Positions 35,342 to 48,400 of a stretch of 64,000 nucleotides of DNA are shown here, piece after piece; within the stretch, counting starts at the first letter, position 1, and the number at the start of each line of letters is the position of its first letter. Both the position numbers and the translations under genes were made by a program. Under the pieces are notes generated by a model. That model made no database searches. It saw only the letters and a list, made by a program, of their open reading frames with translations, and was not told the DNA's origin. The DNA lies in contig OX597826.1 in the NCBI GenBank assembly GCA_951406725.2, positions 13,020,001 through 13,084,000 of the forward strand, in the 5' to 3' direction. Source of the stretch: Octopus vulgaris (lineage: Eukaryota).

Positions 35342-35489
35342 TTTGGTCGACAAAAGTAGAATACCGAGGAGTCTTCGAGTCGGAAGTGTACGGTGCAGAA
35401 GGAAATTATGACACCGCTGTAAAAATGTCCCAAACACAGCTCTTCGATGGCATTTAATTAAAGATGTTATTAAAATAAAAACACTTTAA

Positions 35490-35545
35490 GGATCTTTTCA
35501 CAAAGAAATTATTTCAAAAATCTGACGGTCAAAGTGAAAAGATCC
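35490..35545. mobile_element. 56-bp internally deleted GGATC-ended MITE with perfect 8-bp TSD
   Basis: CACTTTAA|GGATCTTTTCAC...GTGAAAAGATCC|CACTTTAA. Confidence 0.8.
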
Positions 35546-36034
35546 CACTTTAAACTGTACATACACACACACAGGCATATATATACATATACCCACACAA
35601 ACACACTACATACACAAATATATATACACATACATATAAATACGCACAAACATACATGCATACATGTGTGTGTGTGTGTGCGTAAATGATCGTTTGAGCT
35701 GATGAGTTTTCTTTTATTTCGTTCACACTTCACACATTTAACTATGTGTTCCACATGCAGAAGGCATCCCTCAGACACTCCCGACCCTGTCTTATCACTT
35801 ATCTTATATATACACAAAACTCGGATGTCCTTATTTGTTTCTTAGACTCGACACTTCTCTTCACTGTATGAACGATTAAGAAAGTTATTTATTTTTATGT
35901 TTTTCCTTAAATTAATTACTAAAAAGTTTTTGCTCACAACTTTTAATTCATAAATTCCAAGTTTTATTGCACAGCCAAGCTGCAGCAAAACTCTTCTGTC
36001 TCAAGTTAATGAAGTTGTGGAACCTGTTGTCTAC

Positions 36035-36050
36035 TGGCGGCAAATTGAAA
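36035..36050 (+). promoter_or_regulatory. E2F/CDE site with adjacent CHR-like element
   Basis: TGGCGGCAAATTGAAA: reverse strand TTTGCCGC fits TTTSSCGC; TGGCGG followed by TTGAA resembles CDE/CHR. Confidence 0.45.
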
Positions 36051-38586
36051 AGTTCGAGTAAGTGGAATTTTATTTATTACTAAATCATAAAGAAATCTTA
36101 GCATATTCTGCTTGCTTTTTTTTTTTTCACCTGATTTGTTTACTGTTACGAAAAAAACTACCGTCATTTATTAAGTTGTTTAATGCCAAGTCCAACCTAA
36201 TCAAGCACTGACCACTGTATACAATAATTTCATTATTATTATTATTTTAAACTTATGATCAATGTTAGTCATTCCGGCAGCAACTTACTCGCATTTTGTT
36301 CTTTCTAAGTCTTAGTTTATTTAGGGCCACATTATCCAGGATGTACTTTTTTTCTTTCATACGGTAGTGTGTGATTTGAAGGAGATTTGGCTGCTATTTC
36401 TAAAAAGTAGAATGACTGAGTAGATGCTACTTTATGTTGTTTTTGTTTTTTTCGAAGTGCTTTGTTGTTGTTGTGGATTATATGATGCATTCTACCAGTG
36501 TCCGAAGTTTGGAAGTGTTTAGTTACAAAACTTTAATTTCTCGATCTGCCGTTCAAAGGGTAAAGATCCGTTGCTTTCGAGCTTTTGGTCCCTAGGCAAC
36601 TTTGATAAAAAAGATGGGCGGATCGAAGGAAATCTAGCCGTCATCACTTATTTAATTGGTAAATTTTTACAAAAATCTATCTTTGAATTTTTGTATATAG
36701 TGTAGTTTAGATTATCAATTCAATGTATTATTTCTTTTATTTTGAAAATGGTAGTATGTGTTCTAAGAAAGATTACCAGATTTGGTTGCTATGTCCAATA
36801 GACCGAGCGTTGGCCTTTTCTTTGTTGTTTAGCACCAGTTCAATCCTGATCGAATAAACCTCGGATCTTTTCGGTTTGAACGGCAGTTTTTAAAAATAAT
36901 TTCCACGTAACTAAAAAATTTTAAACTTCGTATACTGGTATAATGTGTTTATAAAACATCTTTTTCTCTTGGCTTTATTGAGAAAATTCTATACTTTGTA
37001 AGATATTTGTTGTTTTTTCTTCAATTTCGGCAATTTCAACCAATCAATGACGTCTATTGAAGTAAAAACATTCTGTGCCGTATGAATATGTCCCTCGTTT
37101 AAGAAACAGATTGGGTTTATTTACATTTGTGAAGAAAAAAAGATACCCTTCCCCCCACCCCTAACCCTAACTAACCCTAAGACAGATTGAAATGCAATAG
37201 ATCGATACTAAGGTCATAATTATGGGTGACAATTTCATATGACACTGCTAGAAAAAACTGCTGTTCAAACAGAAACGATCCTAAACTTATAACAAAAAGA
37301 TATTCCACCATGGTCATCTCGTTTTTCAAACGCAGTCCATTTTTTTAAGATGGTAGCTTATGATTTGACGGAGACTTGCTTGTTATTTCTAGCCAATCGA
37401 GCGGCTATGTAAATGCACCTTCGTTGGCTTGTAGTCTAGGAAGTATCGACTACAGCTACCCTTATTACTGGTAAATGGTTTGATAGAAGTTCCCGAGAAA
37501 TAAGACATTAAGAAAAGCTGTGTTGCGCTGAGATTGAGTATCGAGTCCCGCTTTATCCAGTATTTAAGTTCTTGGAGTATCAATTTCTCTACGCAGATCA
37601 TCCTGCTTATAACTTTGTTCGGAATAATTTAGGTCTCAGATTTTGGGTTCAGCTCATAGTTCTGGAGTTCAAACTTTAGATGCAGTTCGTATATTGGTTC
37701 TGTCACGAGAGATTTTTCTTTTCTGTTGTCCTGTAATGAATTTTATTGAGAATGCTTTTCTTTGTCAGTCATACCTTTTTACTTTCCGTTTCAATACCAA
37801 AAACACTTCCTACATTTTAGCGTTTTCAGGATCATCAGGAGAGGCAGAAGAAGAGTCTGATTCCTATAGCATTTCATTACTCATTCAATTTATATCTATC
37901 TGCAAATTGGTATCTTTTCTGTCTCACCCCTCTGCAGTGGCTGTGTGGTAAGTAGCTTGCTTACCAGCCACATGGCTCCGGGTTCAGTCCAACTGCGTGG
38001 CACCTTAGGCAAGTGTCTTCGACTATAGCCTTGAGCTGACCAAAGCCTTGTGAGTGGATTTGGTAGACGGAAACTGAAAAGAAGCCCGTCGTATATATGT
38101 GTGTTTGTCCCACCCCAACATCACTTGACAACTGATGCTGGTGTGTTTACGTCCCCGTAACCTAGCGGTTCGGCAAAAGATACCGATAGAATGAGTACTA
38201 GGCTTGAAAACAATAAGTTCTGGGGTCGATTTGCTCGACTAGAGGCAGTGCTCCAGCATGGCCACAGTCAACTGACTGAAACAAGTAAAAGAGTAAAAGA
38301 GAGAGTATATTTAAATTTTCTGAAAGTACTATGTATACCTCACTCAGATACTTTCCCTTCCAGCTTTTATCTGAAAAACATGTTTTTCAGATTATAGTAA
38401 TTACACAAATACTATCAAATTGCACCAAGGTTATTTATGATATCTAAGTTAATAGTCCTTGTTTCTCATTGATTGAATTCAAGAACAACTGAAATTCTGG
38501 TTCATTTCATTAAGAAAATAGCATGAATCAATCGTTTGCTGAAGAAATCTTTTATCCAAAATTTTAAATTATTTCATATGGCCAGA

Positions 38587-38722
38587 ATGTGTGACGATTT
38601 CTCTGATGATGATGGAACAGATGAGCTTCTCTCAGCCATTTCGTTTGATATCTTACCTGAAGTGAAGAAAGATACAAATGGAAAAAATTTGTCACCCTCA
38701 CCAAAAGAGACACAAAAACAAG
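38587..38722 (+). CDS. DDX11: DDX11 probable first coding exon (start could be 38578 if the ccag at 38582-38585 is not an acceptor)
   Basis: [45 protein letters not shown]+G; phase-1 donor GTAATC matches the phase-1 acceptor at 39675. No homology support for this peptide. Confidence 0.7.
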
Positions 38723-41700
38723 GTAATCTTTTTTCTTTTTTTTTTTTTTATTTCTTCAGATAACCCCTGAGATTATATCCTATTTTGTTACAAAAAAAAC
38801 TTCTCTTATTCTAAATGAAATCAATTCCTTATATGTTATTTCACACTTGTACTTATTTGGCAAGTTACTTATTTTGACAGCGATTTGCGTTGGACAAAAC
38901 ACATCGCTAAAATTGCCAAGAAGGCTGAAGGTGTCTTGGCATCACTCACCAAGTCCTTTGCGAGCCGCTCTCCGGCTATCTATCTGCGGCTTTATATAGC
39001 TATGGTACGACCTCACCGTTCAGCGACGTGCAACCTAGAGAATACCCTCCATCAGGCATATGCCATATTCTGAACGCCTTACTTCCCTGGGCATGGATAC
39101 ATTGAAACTCCGACGTCTGGCAGCTGATTTGGCAGACACCCATAAAATTATTAACCATCTTACAAACAATAACTCTGAGCACCTTTTCAAACTCCACCTG
39201 TCTAACACCTGTGGACATGTTTACAAAGTCAAAAAACAGCACAGCTCCCATGACTTTCGGAAACATTTTTTCACGCCAAGAGTTGCTGAAGCATAGAACA
39301 AACTGCCGGCATCAGTTGTTAGTTGTCGGAGCACTGCATCCTTCAAAACTTCCATGCTTCCTGAGATTCGCCAACACTACACTTGATTTTCTCCCCTCCA
39401 TACACACGGAAGCATGTATCTGACTCATACACTGTTCGCTTTCCAGACATTTCTACATTACTGCATATGCTTTATACACACTTTTGACAAGTTGTGGTGC
39501 ACCTGAGCACTGAATACAATAATTTCATTATTATTTTATTAATTAAACTAAGATAATTACTTTTGTCATTTTAGCCTTTTAAGAACATGCCAAAGTGCCA
39601 TGATAATTTTCGTTTATTTCTTTCAAGACCTGCTCATGGATACAATTCTACATCATTTTGTGCACCTATTTCAGATCATGTTAATGTTCCAGAAGAATTT
39701 CCATTCCCGTTTATACCTTACAATATCCAGTTGGGTTTTATGAAAGCTCTCTATGAATGTCTACAGCTTGGAAAAATTGGAATATTTGAAAGCCCAACAG
39801 GAACTGTGAGTAGAGCAATTATTATGTCTTAACTCAGAGTATTTTGTAAGCTTAAATTAGTATTTGACCACTTTGTCTCTAGTTTTATTCAAAATCTTTT
39901 ATTTGAACTTTTGTTGGATTTGCACTCATAAAATGTCTCTCTCTACAACAACTCCAGTTCAGTTGAGGGTCTTAGCTTTGTGTTGTGAATTACTGTAAAT
40001 CCTCGAGTATAGTCCGCCCTTGAGTATAATATGCAGGGGATTTTTAGGGGGCTGTACCTCTGAAAAACCTAAACCTTGTGTATAATACACACTCTTTCTC
40101 TAACTTGAGGCAAAGAGGTCTATATAACGTCCCTGGTTTATAAAACTGTATATAGTAATGTCCTTTATTATTATTGTACATATAACATAATGCAAACGTG
40201 TAGCTTTTTTGTACATTTTGTTTGCAGAAAATAAAGAAATAACAGTAATAACAGTAATAACGCTTAATAAATGTAGCTTATTGCAAGTTATGGATGATTC
40301 TTTTATGACTTCATTGCTTTCAGGCTTAGCTTAAGGTATTTTCGTGCCCGACATCACAAAATGTATCTAAATAAACATTGCCGGACAGCAAATAGAGACT
40401 TGAACATTGCTTAGAAAATAATTTTCATTTTTAACCTCATATATAGTACGCACTAGGGATTTTGACCTTTAAATTTTGGGAAAAAAGTGCGGATTATATT
40501 CGAGGATTTACAGTACTTGGTGACCTTACTTATGTCAGTGTCACACAAAAAGCACCCTGTAAACTTTAAAATGGTTGGTGATAGGAGCGTATCAATTCAT
40601 AGAAACTTTGCCAAAATAGACACTGAAAGTTCAATACAGTCCTCCAACTCGGATCCTGTCAAACTCTCCAATCCATACTTGCATGCAAGATGGATCTTAA
40701 ATGATGATAATTATTTCTTTATTGCCCACAAGCAACTAAACATAGAGGGAACGAAGAAGGACAGACAAAGGGATTTAAGTCGATTAAATTGACCCCAGTG
40801 CATGACTGGTACTTATTTAATCAACCCCGAAAGGATGAAAGGCAAAGTCGACCTCTGCGGAATTTGAACTCAGAACGTAGCGGCAGACGAAATACCTATT
40901 TCTTTACTATCCACAAGGAACTAAACACAGAGGGGACAAACAAGGACAGACAAAAGGATTAAGTCGATTACATCGACCCCAGTGCATGACTGGTACTTAT
41001 TTAATCGACCCCGAAAGGATGAAAGGCAAAGTCGACCTCGGCGGAATTTGAACTCAGAACGTAGCGGCAGACGAAATACCTATTTCTTTACTATCCACAA
41101 GGGACTAAACACAGAGGGGACAAACAAGGACAGACAAACGGATTAAGTCGATTACATCGACCCTAGTGCGTAACTGGTACTTATTTAATTGACCCCGAAA
41201 GGATGAAAGGCAAAGTCGACCTCAGTGGAATTTGAACTCAGAACGTAACAGTAGATGAAATTCTGCTAAGTATTTTGCCCGGTGTGCAAACAATTCTGTC
41301 AGCTCGCCGCCTTTTATAATGATAAGGAATGAAAAAAATTTTAGCTTTTAATTTGTTGCTACTAACATTAGTATACTATAAGTCTTTCCAAAATCATTAT
41401 AGCATGGGAAATTTCATAGTAAAAACTATGTTAAACATGAAATAAACTTTATACAGCTGGCATCTAAACACTACAAATATCAAAAATTCTCATTGGAGTG
41501 GCTGTGTGGTAAGTAGCTTGCTTACCAACCACATGGTTCTGGGTTCAGTCCCACTGCATGGCACCTTGGACATGTGTCTTCTACTATAGCCTTGGGCCGA
41601 CCAAAGTCTTGTGAGTGGATTTGGTAGACGGAAACTGTTTGTTCCCCCAACATCGCTTGTCAACCGATGCTGGTGTATTTGTGTCCCCGTAACTTAGCAG

Positions 41701-44700
41701 TTCGGCAAAAGAGACCGATAGAATAAGTACTAGGCTTCCAAAGAATAAGTCCTGGTGTTGATTTGCTCGACTAAAGGCGGTGCTCCAGCATGGCCGCAGT
41801 CAAATGACTGAAACAAGTAAAAGATATGACGAAGTAGCTTTATTAGCACTAAGGTGAGTGGATGAAATATGCTTAGTTGCTTTGTTGTAAAGGTTAACAT
41901 GTTCTTCTGGATAAGGACAAGAGCATGGTTCAATCTGCACAAGCAGATCTGTGTATGTTTTTTTCTTTCTTGGATTCATGCTTATAAAGCGTCTAATTTA
42001 ATTTAAAATTTATATTGGGACTATGTTTTTAACATAATGTCTGTGCCGGTGGCACGTAAAAAGCACCGACCGAAAGTGGCCGTTGCCAGCGCCGCCTCGA
42101 CTGGCTGGTGGCACGTAAAAAGCACCAACCGATCGTGGCCGTTGTCAGCCTCACATGGCCCCCGTGCTGGTGGCACGTAAAAAGCACCCACTACACTCAC
42201 GGAGTGGTTGGCGTTAGGAAGGGCATCCAGCTGTAGAAACACTGCCAGATCAAGACAGGAGCTTGGTGCAGCCTCCTGGCTTCCCAGACCCCGGTCGAAC
42301 TGTCCAACCCATGCTAGCATGGAAAACAGACCTTAAACGATGATGATGATTATTTAATCCTATTTGTGTTGCTTTAGTACTTTCCTTATACCACGTTGAA
42401 ATAAATTGAACAACTTAACTGAGAAACTGCTAATTTTATATTTGTTTCAGGGTAAATCTCTGAGTGTAATTTGTGGTTCACTTAAATGGCTGCGTGATTA
42501 TAAAGAAGAACAATTAAAACAGCTGGAGAATTTAATGAAGGAAGAGGCCAACACTAACGAGTATGTATTTCATTTGACTGACATTTGCTTGTTATTGAAT
42601 TCAAGGGCTTTCATCCATGTATTAGCATAGTTGCTGTGAGGTTTGTATCGCCATACCTTGACATTGTGTGATAGGGGTCAATGAGCGTCACTGCCATATG
42701 GTGTGATGCCTTTGTTTCCTGTCTTCTGTGAAATATATACCACAGCAGGAGCGGCTGTGTGGTAAGTAGCTTGTTTACCAACCACATGATTCTGGGTTCA
42801 GTCCCACTGCGTGACACCTTGGGCAAGTGTCTTCTACTATAGCCTCAAGTCAACCAAAGCCTTGTGAGTGGATTTGGTTGATGGAAACTGAAAGAAGCCC
42901 GTCGTATATATGTGTGTATATGTTTGTGTGTCTGTGTTTGCCCCCCCCCCCCAACATCGCTTGATAACCGATGCTGGTGTGTTTACGTTGCCGTAACTTA
43001 GCGATTCGGTAAAAGAGACCGATAGAATAAGTACTAAACTTACAAAGAATAAGTCCTGGGGTCGATTTGTTCAACTAAAGGTGGTGCTCCAGCATGGCCG
43101 CAGTCAAATGACTGAAACAAGTAAAAGAGTGGCCCTCATGAAAATGTTTTGGTACCCTAAATAGAATTTTTGTTTTTCATTTATCCCCCGTTTGTTTTGT
43201 CTTCAAGTGTTATAGCAAAGGAAGAACTTAGCCTTACCAAACCATTCCACTATGACCTGGCATTGCCAGGTCATAGTGCTAGTTTAATGTTAAAATTTTA
43301 GCATTGTTTACAAAATGATTTATGGTTTTGTTGTGTTTCGTTGTTATTTAGCCACAGGTTATCCCCTATCCAACAGATTTATAATCAATAGCTATTTCTT
43401 TAATACCCACAAGGGGACAAACAAGGACAGACAAACGGATTAAGTCGATTACATCGACCCCAGTGTGTAACTGGTACTTAATTTATCGACCCCGAAAGGA
43501 TGAACGGCAAAGTCGACCTCGGCGGAATTTGAACCCAGAACGTAACGACAGATGAAATATGGCTACGCATTTCGCCCGGTGTGCTAACGTTTCTGCCAGC
43601 TCACCACCTTTAAATCAATAGCATTCCAACTGTAGCCATCCAGTCTTTTTGTGTATACAAGATGCACTGTCTAACATGTCATTCTTTATTTAAGGCAGTA
43701 GTGGGAATTGAGGAAAATTTGACTATGATTTCATGCAGATAAAACACAGAGGTTTCCTCATTGTATTATTTGTGGTTTGGTTTGATTTTCTTTGTTTTAA
43801 TTTATTAAGTAGATGTCCTTAATTCTAATTAAGCCTAATATTTGAATTATCTCTGTATTTTTCTCTTTAATTATTTCTACAGGTTAATTGAAGCTAAATC
43901 TAAAGATGCTAAAGGTTTGTATAACCCTTTTTATCTCCTGGTGCCTTATTAAATCTACATTTTTTAAGGATTTCAATTAAATAAAACTCTTTTCTAAAAG
44001 ATACGGCTATTCCTGTATTTTATTCTTTATCTTGTGATCCCTTTAGATTAATGAAATAATTCTTTATACTTACAGAACTTGATTGGATCACTGAATTCTC
44101 TGAGAAGACCAAGAAAGAAGAAGAACTCAATAAGATATTGGTACAATTCTGAAATATACTTTTATCTATGACAAAAAACATTGCCATCGTTCCTGGCTAG
44201 CAGAATTGTTTGTACACTGGGGAAAATGCTAGGCAGCATAGCTTCCCGCTTTACATTCATCATCATCATCACCATCATCATCCTTTAACTTCTGCTTTCC
44301 ATGCTGGCATGGGTTGGATGCTTTGACCAAAGCTGGAGAGTTGCACTTAGTTCTAGTCTGATTTGGCTTGGTTTCTATGGCTAAATGCCCTTCCTAATAC
44401 CTATTTCTTTACTACCCACAAGGGGCTAAACACAGAGAGGACAAAGGACAGACAAACGGATTAAGTCGATTATATCGACCCCAGTGCGTAACTGTTACTT
44501 ATTTAATCAACCCCGAAAGGATGAAAGGCAAAGTCGACCTCGGCGGAATTTGAACTCAGAACGTAGCGGCAGACGAAATACTGCTAAGCATGTCGCCCAG
44601 CGTGCTAACGTTTCTGCCAGCTCGCCGCCTTAAACCTTCCTAATACCAACCACTTTACAGTGTGTGCTGGCTCATTTTAATATGGCACCACACGAATGCT

Positions 44701-45361
44701 TCCATGTGGAACCAGCACTTTTGTTCTGAGTTCAAATTCCACCAAGGTTTACTTTGCCTTTCATTCTTTTAAAGTCAGTTAAATAAGTACCAGTCGAGCA
44801 CTTGGGGGTCTGTGTGATGGAATAACCCAGTCCCCATAAAATTGCTGGTCTTGCGCCTAAATTTAAAACCCTTATTTTCATTGGTTTTATGCCTGCTGTT
44901 CTGTTCTTGTAGAATTGAGCTATGTTAAAATCTAGCATCTTACGAGGCTCCGTAACCGTTGGATCTCTGAGATTAGCAAGATTATTGCAGCTTATGTTCA
45001 GCTTCAACATCTTCATGTCAGTGACTTCGTATGAAACTTAAATGTGGAGCCATGAATTGAAATTCAGTAAATTTGGTTTCTTGATTAGAAGCAGTGATGT
45101 AGATGTATGGTGGATGTAGGTATTCAGTTCAGACAAAGTTGTATACAGCTAGCTAGTTCTGAAGAATTAAGTCTATTATGATGACAGAACCGGTTAAGAC
45201 AATGTACATGTTTCTCATTAAGTGCAGTACGGCCTCTTCTGGAGAAACCTGTGAGAATTAGAACCAGGACCTACTAATTGCCATATCTAATAAAATTAGT
45301 TTTGTTTAAAGCATTTTAAATCTGTATAACACCTAATGAAGAAACAAGAATTCTTTATGTA

Positions 45362-45404
<43 letters not shown>

Positions 45405-48400
45405 GTATGTATATATATAACGGTAAGCTTTATGAAAATAGACAAAAGACGAAATATGTATATATGCTTTAAATCACGCTTTCAAATCTGTCGCTGGGCC
45501 AATAGTGGCAAATTATGTGAATATATATATAAAGACAAAGAGAGAGAGAGAAAGAGAAGTTAAAGCCAAACTCCAATTTGTTGAATGACCATTATTTTTT
45601 TTAAAAATAAAAGCAAACAGACTTTTCTTCTTGGTACAAAAATTATGTAAGACAAGCTTGATAGATGAAGTCTATTTCATTAGTTATTGCAGTCAATACA
45701 AAACTAGTTTCACAATTAATGCACAAAGTAAATAAATAAATATTTTTAAAAAATTAACTTAATTAACTTAGGTGTAGGAGTGGCTGTGTGGTAAGTAGCT
45801 TGCTTACGAACAACATGGTTCCAGGTTCAGTCCTACTCCGTGGCATCTTGGGCAAGTGTCTTCTACTATAGCCTTGGGCCGACCAAAGCCTTGTGAGTGG
45901 GTTTGGTAGACAGAAACTGAAAGAAGCCCGTCGTATATATATATATATGTGCGTGTCTATGTTTGTTCCCCCAACATCGCTTGACAACCGATGCTGGTGT
46001 GTTTACGTCCCTGTAACTTAACGGCTCAGCAAAAGAGACCGCTAGAATAAGTACTAGGTTTACAAAGAATAAGTCCTGAACTCTTTGTATGACCACCCTC
46101 CCTGTCCCCCTACATGGCCTTGCTTTTGTTTTTTGAGCCAAAAATTGAATTGAATTGGAAAAAAAAGTCCTAGGGTCGATTTGCTCGACTAAAGGCAGTG
46201 CTCCAGTATGGCCACAGTCAAATAATTGGTAAAATTATAAATTATTAATTAATTTCACCTTTTATTATTATTACATATATATATATATTTATTTATATAT
46301 GCATGGTTCAGGGGTTAGAGCATTGGGCTTACAATCATGAGGTAGGTAGTGAATTAAATTCCTGGACTGGGCTGAGTGTTGTGTTCTTGAGCAAGACACT
46401 TTATTTCACGTTGCTCCAGTTCACTCAGCTGTAGAAATGAGCTACGACATCACTGGTTCAAAGCTATATCGGCATTTGCCTTACCCTTGGATAACATTGG
46501 TGGCATAGGGTAGGCTGGTATACATGGGCAACTGCTGGTCTTCTACAAACAACCTTGCCCAGGTTTGTACCTCGGAGAGTAACTTTCTAGGTGCAATCCC
46601 ATGGTCATGTGTATGAGTGTGTGTCAACAGACATTATGTAATGATGAGGATATTGATATATATGTATATATTATATATTGCATTCTTTAGGAAAAGAAAG
46701 CCTTATTCGATGCCGATAAAAAAATTAAAGGAAAGCATAAAACTTCAAAAAGAAAGGTTAGTGAATTCTTGTCTTTATTTTATTTGTACAATCTGCATGA
46801 AAATTGCTTGCAAACTTGTGGTTACAGTCAAGGCAGTGAGCTGGCAGAATCGTTAGCACGCCGGGCGAAATGCTTAGCAGTATTTTGTCTGCCGTTACAT
46901 TCTGAGTTCAAATTCCGCCGAGGTCAACTTTGCATTTCATCCTTTCGGGGTCGATAAATTAAGTACCAGTTACGCACTGGGGTCGATGTAATCGACTTAA
47001 TACCTATGTCTGTCCTTGTTTGTCCCCTCTGTGTTTAGCCCCTTGTGGGTAATAAAGAAATAGGTTACATACACAGTCTTTCTGTGGCATATTAGACCAG
47101 TGGCTTCTACTATTACACTGAACCGACCAAAACCTTGTGAGTGGATTTGGTAGATGAAAACTGAAAGAAGCCGGTTGTGTGTGGCTGTGTGGTAAGAAGT
47201 TTGCTTTGCATCCACATGATTCTGGGTTCAGTCCCACTGCATGGCACTTAGGGCAAGTGTCTTCTATTATTGCTTCAGGCCAACCAAAGCATTGTGTGTG
47301 GATTTGGGAGATGAAAAGTGGAAGAAGATGTGTGTGCGTGCCTACCCTTATCATATTTTACATTTTATCCTGCTTTCACCTTCCTTAGTGCCATGAACTA
47401 GAAAGTGAATTTGACAACTTAATAAAATCGTCATCTGAAGACATTAAGGATGCATTCGAAGCCGAGTTAAGAGAAATCCACAAATTGGAGAATCCAGAAG
47501 AAAATGAAGATGCTGAAATTGTCCTCAGTGAATATATTAGTGATAATGAAGGTGATGGAGAGAAGAATGACTCTGGTGGAGACAATGGTAATGATACATC
47601 AGAAGAACATATTATGAAGGTAAACCTCTTGATTTCTTTAACTGATTCAACTTGGTATTTTAGGGAGGTAAATAATCTCTATATCTATAAACGGCAAAAT
47701 GTCTGTGTGTCAGTGTGTCCTTTATACAAATCCACAGTTTTTCACGTAAAAGGGGCTAAACACAGAGAGGACAAACAAGGACAGACAAACGGATTAAGTC
47801 GATTACTTCGACCCAAGTGCGTAACTGGTACTTATTTTATCGACCCCGAAAGGATGAAATGCAAAGTTGACCTAGGCGGAATTTGAACCCAGAACGTAAT
47901 GGCAGACAAAATACAGCTAAGCATTTCACCCGGCGTGCTAACGTTTCTGCCAGCTCACCGCCTTATTTAATACCTGTAGTTCATACCAGCATGTGCTGGC
48001 TGGTTTGACCAGAGCTGGCAAGTGGAGAGCTGCATCAGACTCCGGTCTGATTTGGCATGGTTTCTACTGCTGGATGCCCTTCCTAATTATTTAACAGAGT
48101 GTGTCGGGTGCTTTTACAAGCCACCACACGGGCACTTTTATGTAGCATCGCGCAGGCACTTTTACAAGGCACCGCACAAGTGCTTTTCCATGGTACTACA
48201 CAGGCGCTTTTACATGACACCACCATAAGTACTTTACACCACTTGAGGGACTGGTCTTAACACTTCTGCTGCGGGTCTTCTTGAGTACAGTAAGGTGCCA
48301 GGTATCTTGGTACATAAGACAGCGAGTTGGCAGAAACGTTAGCACGCCAGGCGAAATGCTTAGCGGTATTTCATCTGCCGCTACGTTCTGAGTTCAAATT

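Larger units (their letters stand above)
35342..36063. promoter_or_regulatory. Putative shared (bidirectional) SDAD1/DDX11 promoter with candidate DDX11 5'-UTR exon ending at 36057
   Basis: Largely non-repetitive segment upstream of the SDAD1 ATG; consensus donor GTAAGT at 36058-36063 on + that could join the ccag acceptor at 38585; TSS positions not determinable. Confidence 0.5.

Noticed and set aside
35342-35437. Longer SDAD1 N-terminus suggested by the ORF track
   Set aside because: Begins at a non-ATG codon; family homology starts at the ATG at 35341.
37150-37180. CCCTAA repeats as an interstitial telomere
   Set aside because: Only a few units, internal to a MITE that also occurs at 18487-18889.
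37389-37951. Short ORFs between the two genes
   Set aside because: No homology or splice support; the region looks like decayed transposon sequence.
39628-39674. Alternative DDX11 acceptor at 39627 or start at 39587
   Set aside because: The acceptor phase does not match the upstream donor; 39675 does, and the extra peptide looks intronic.
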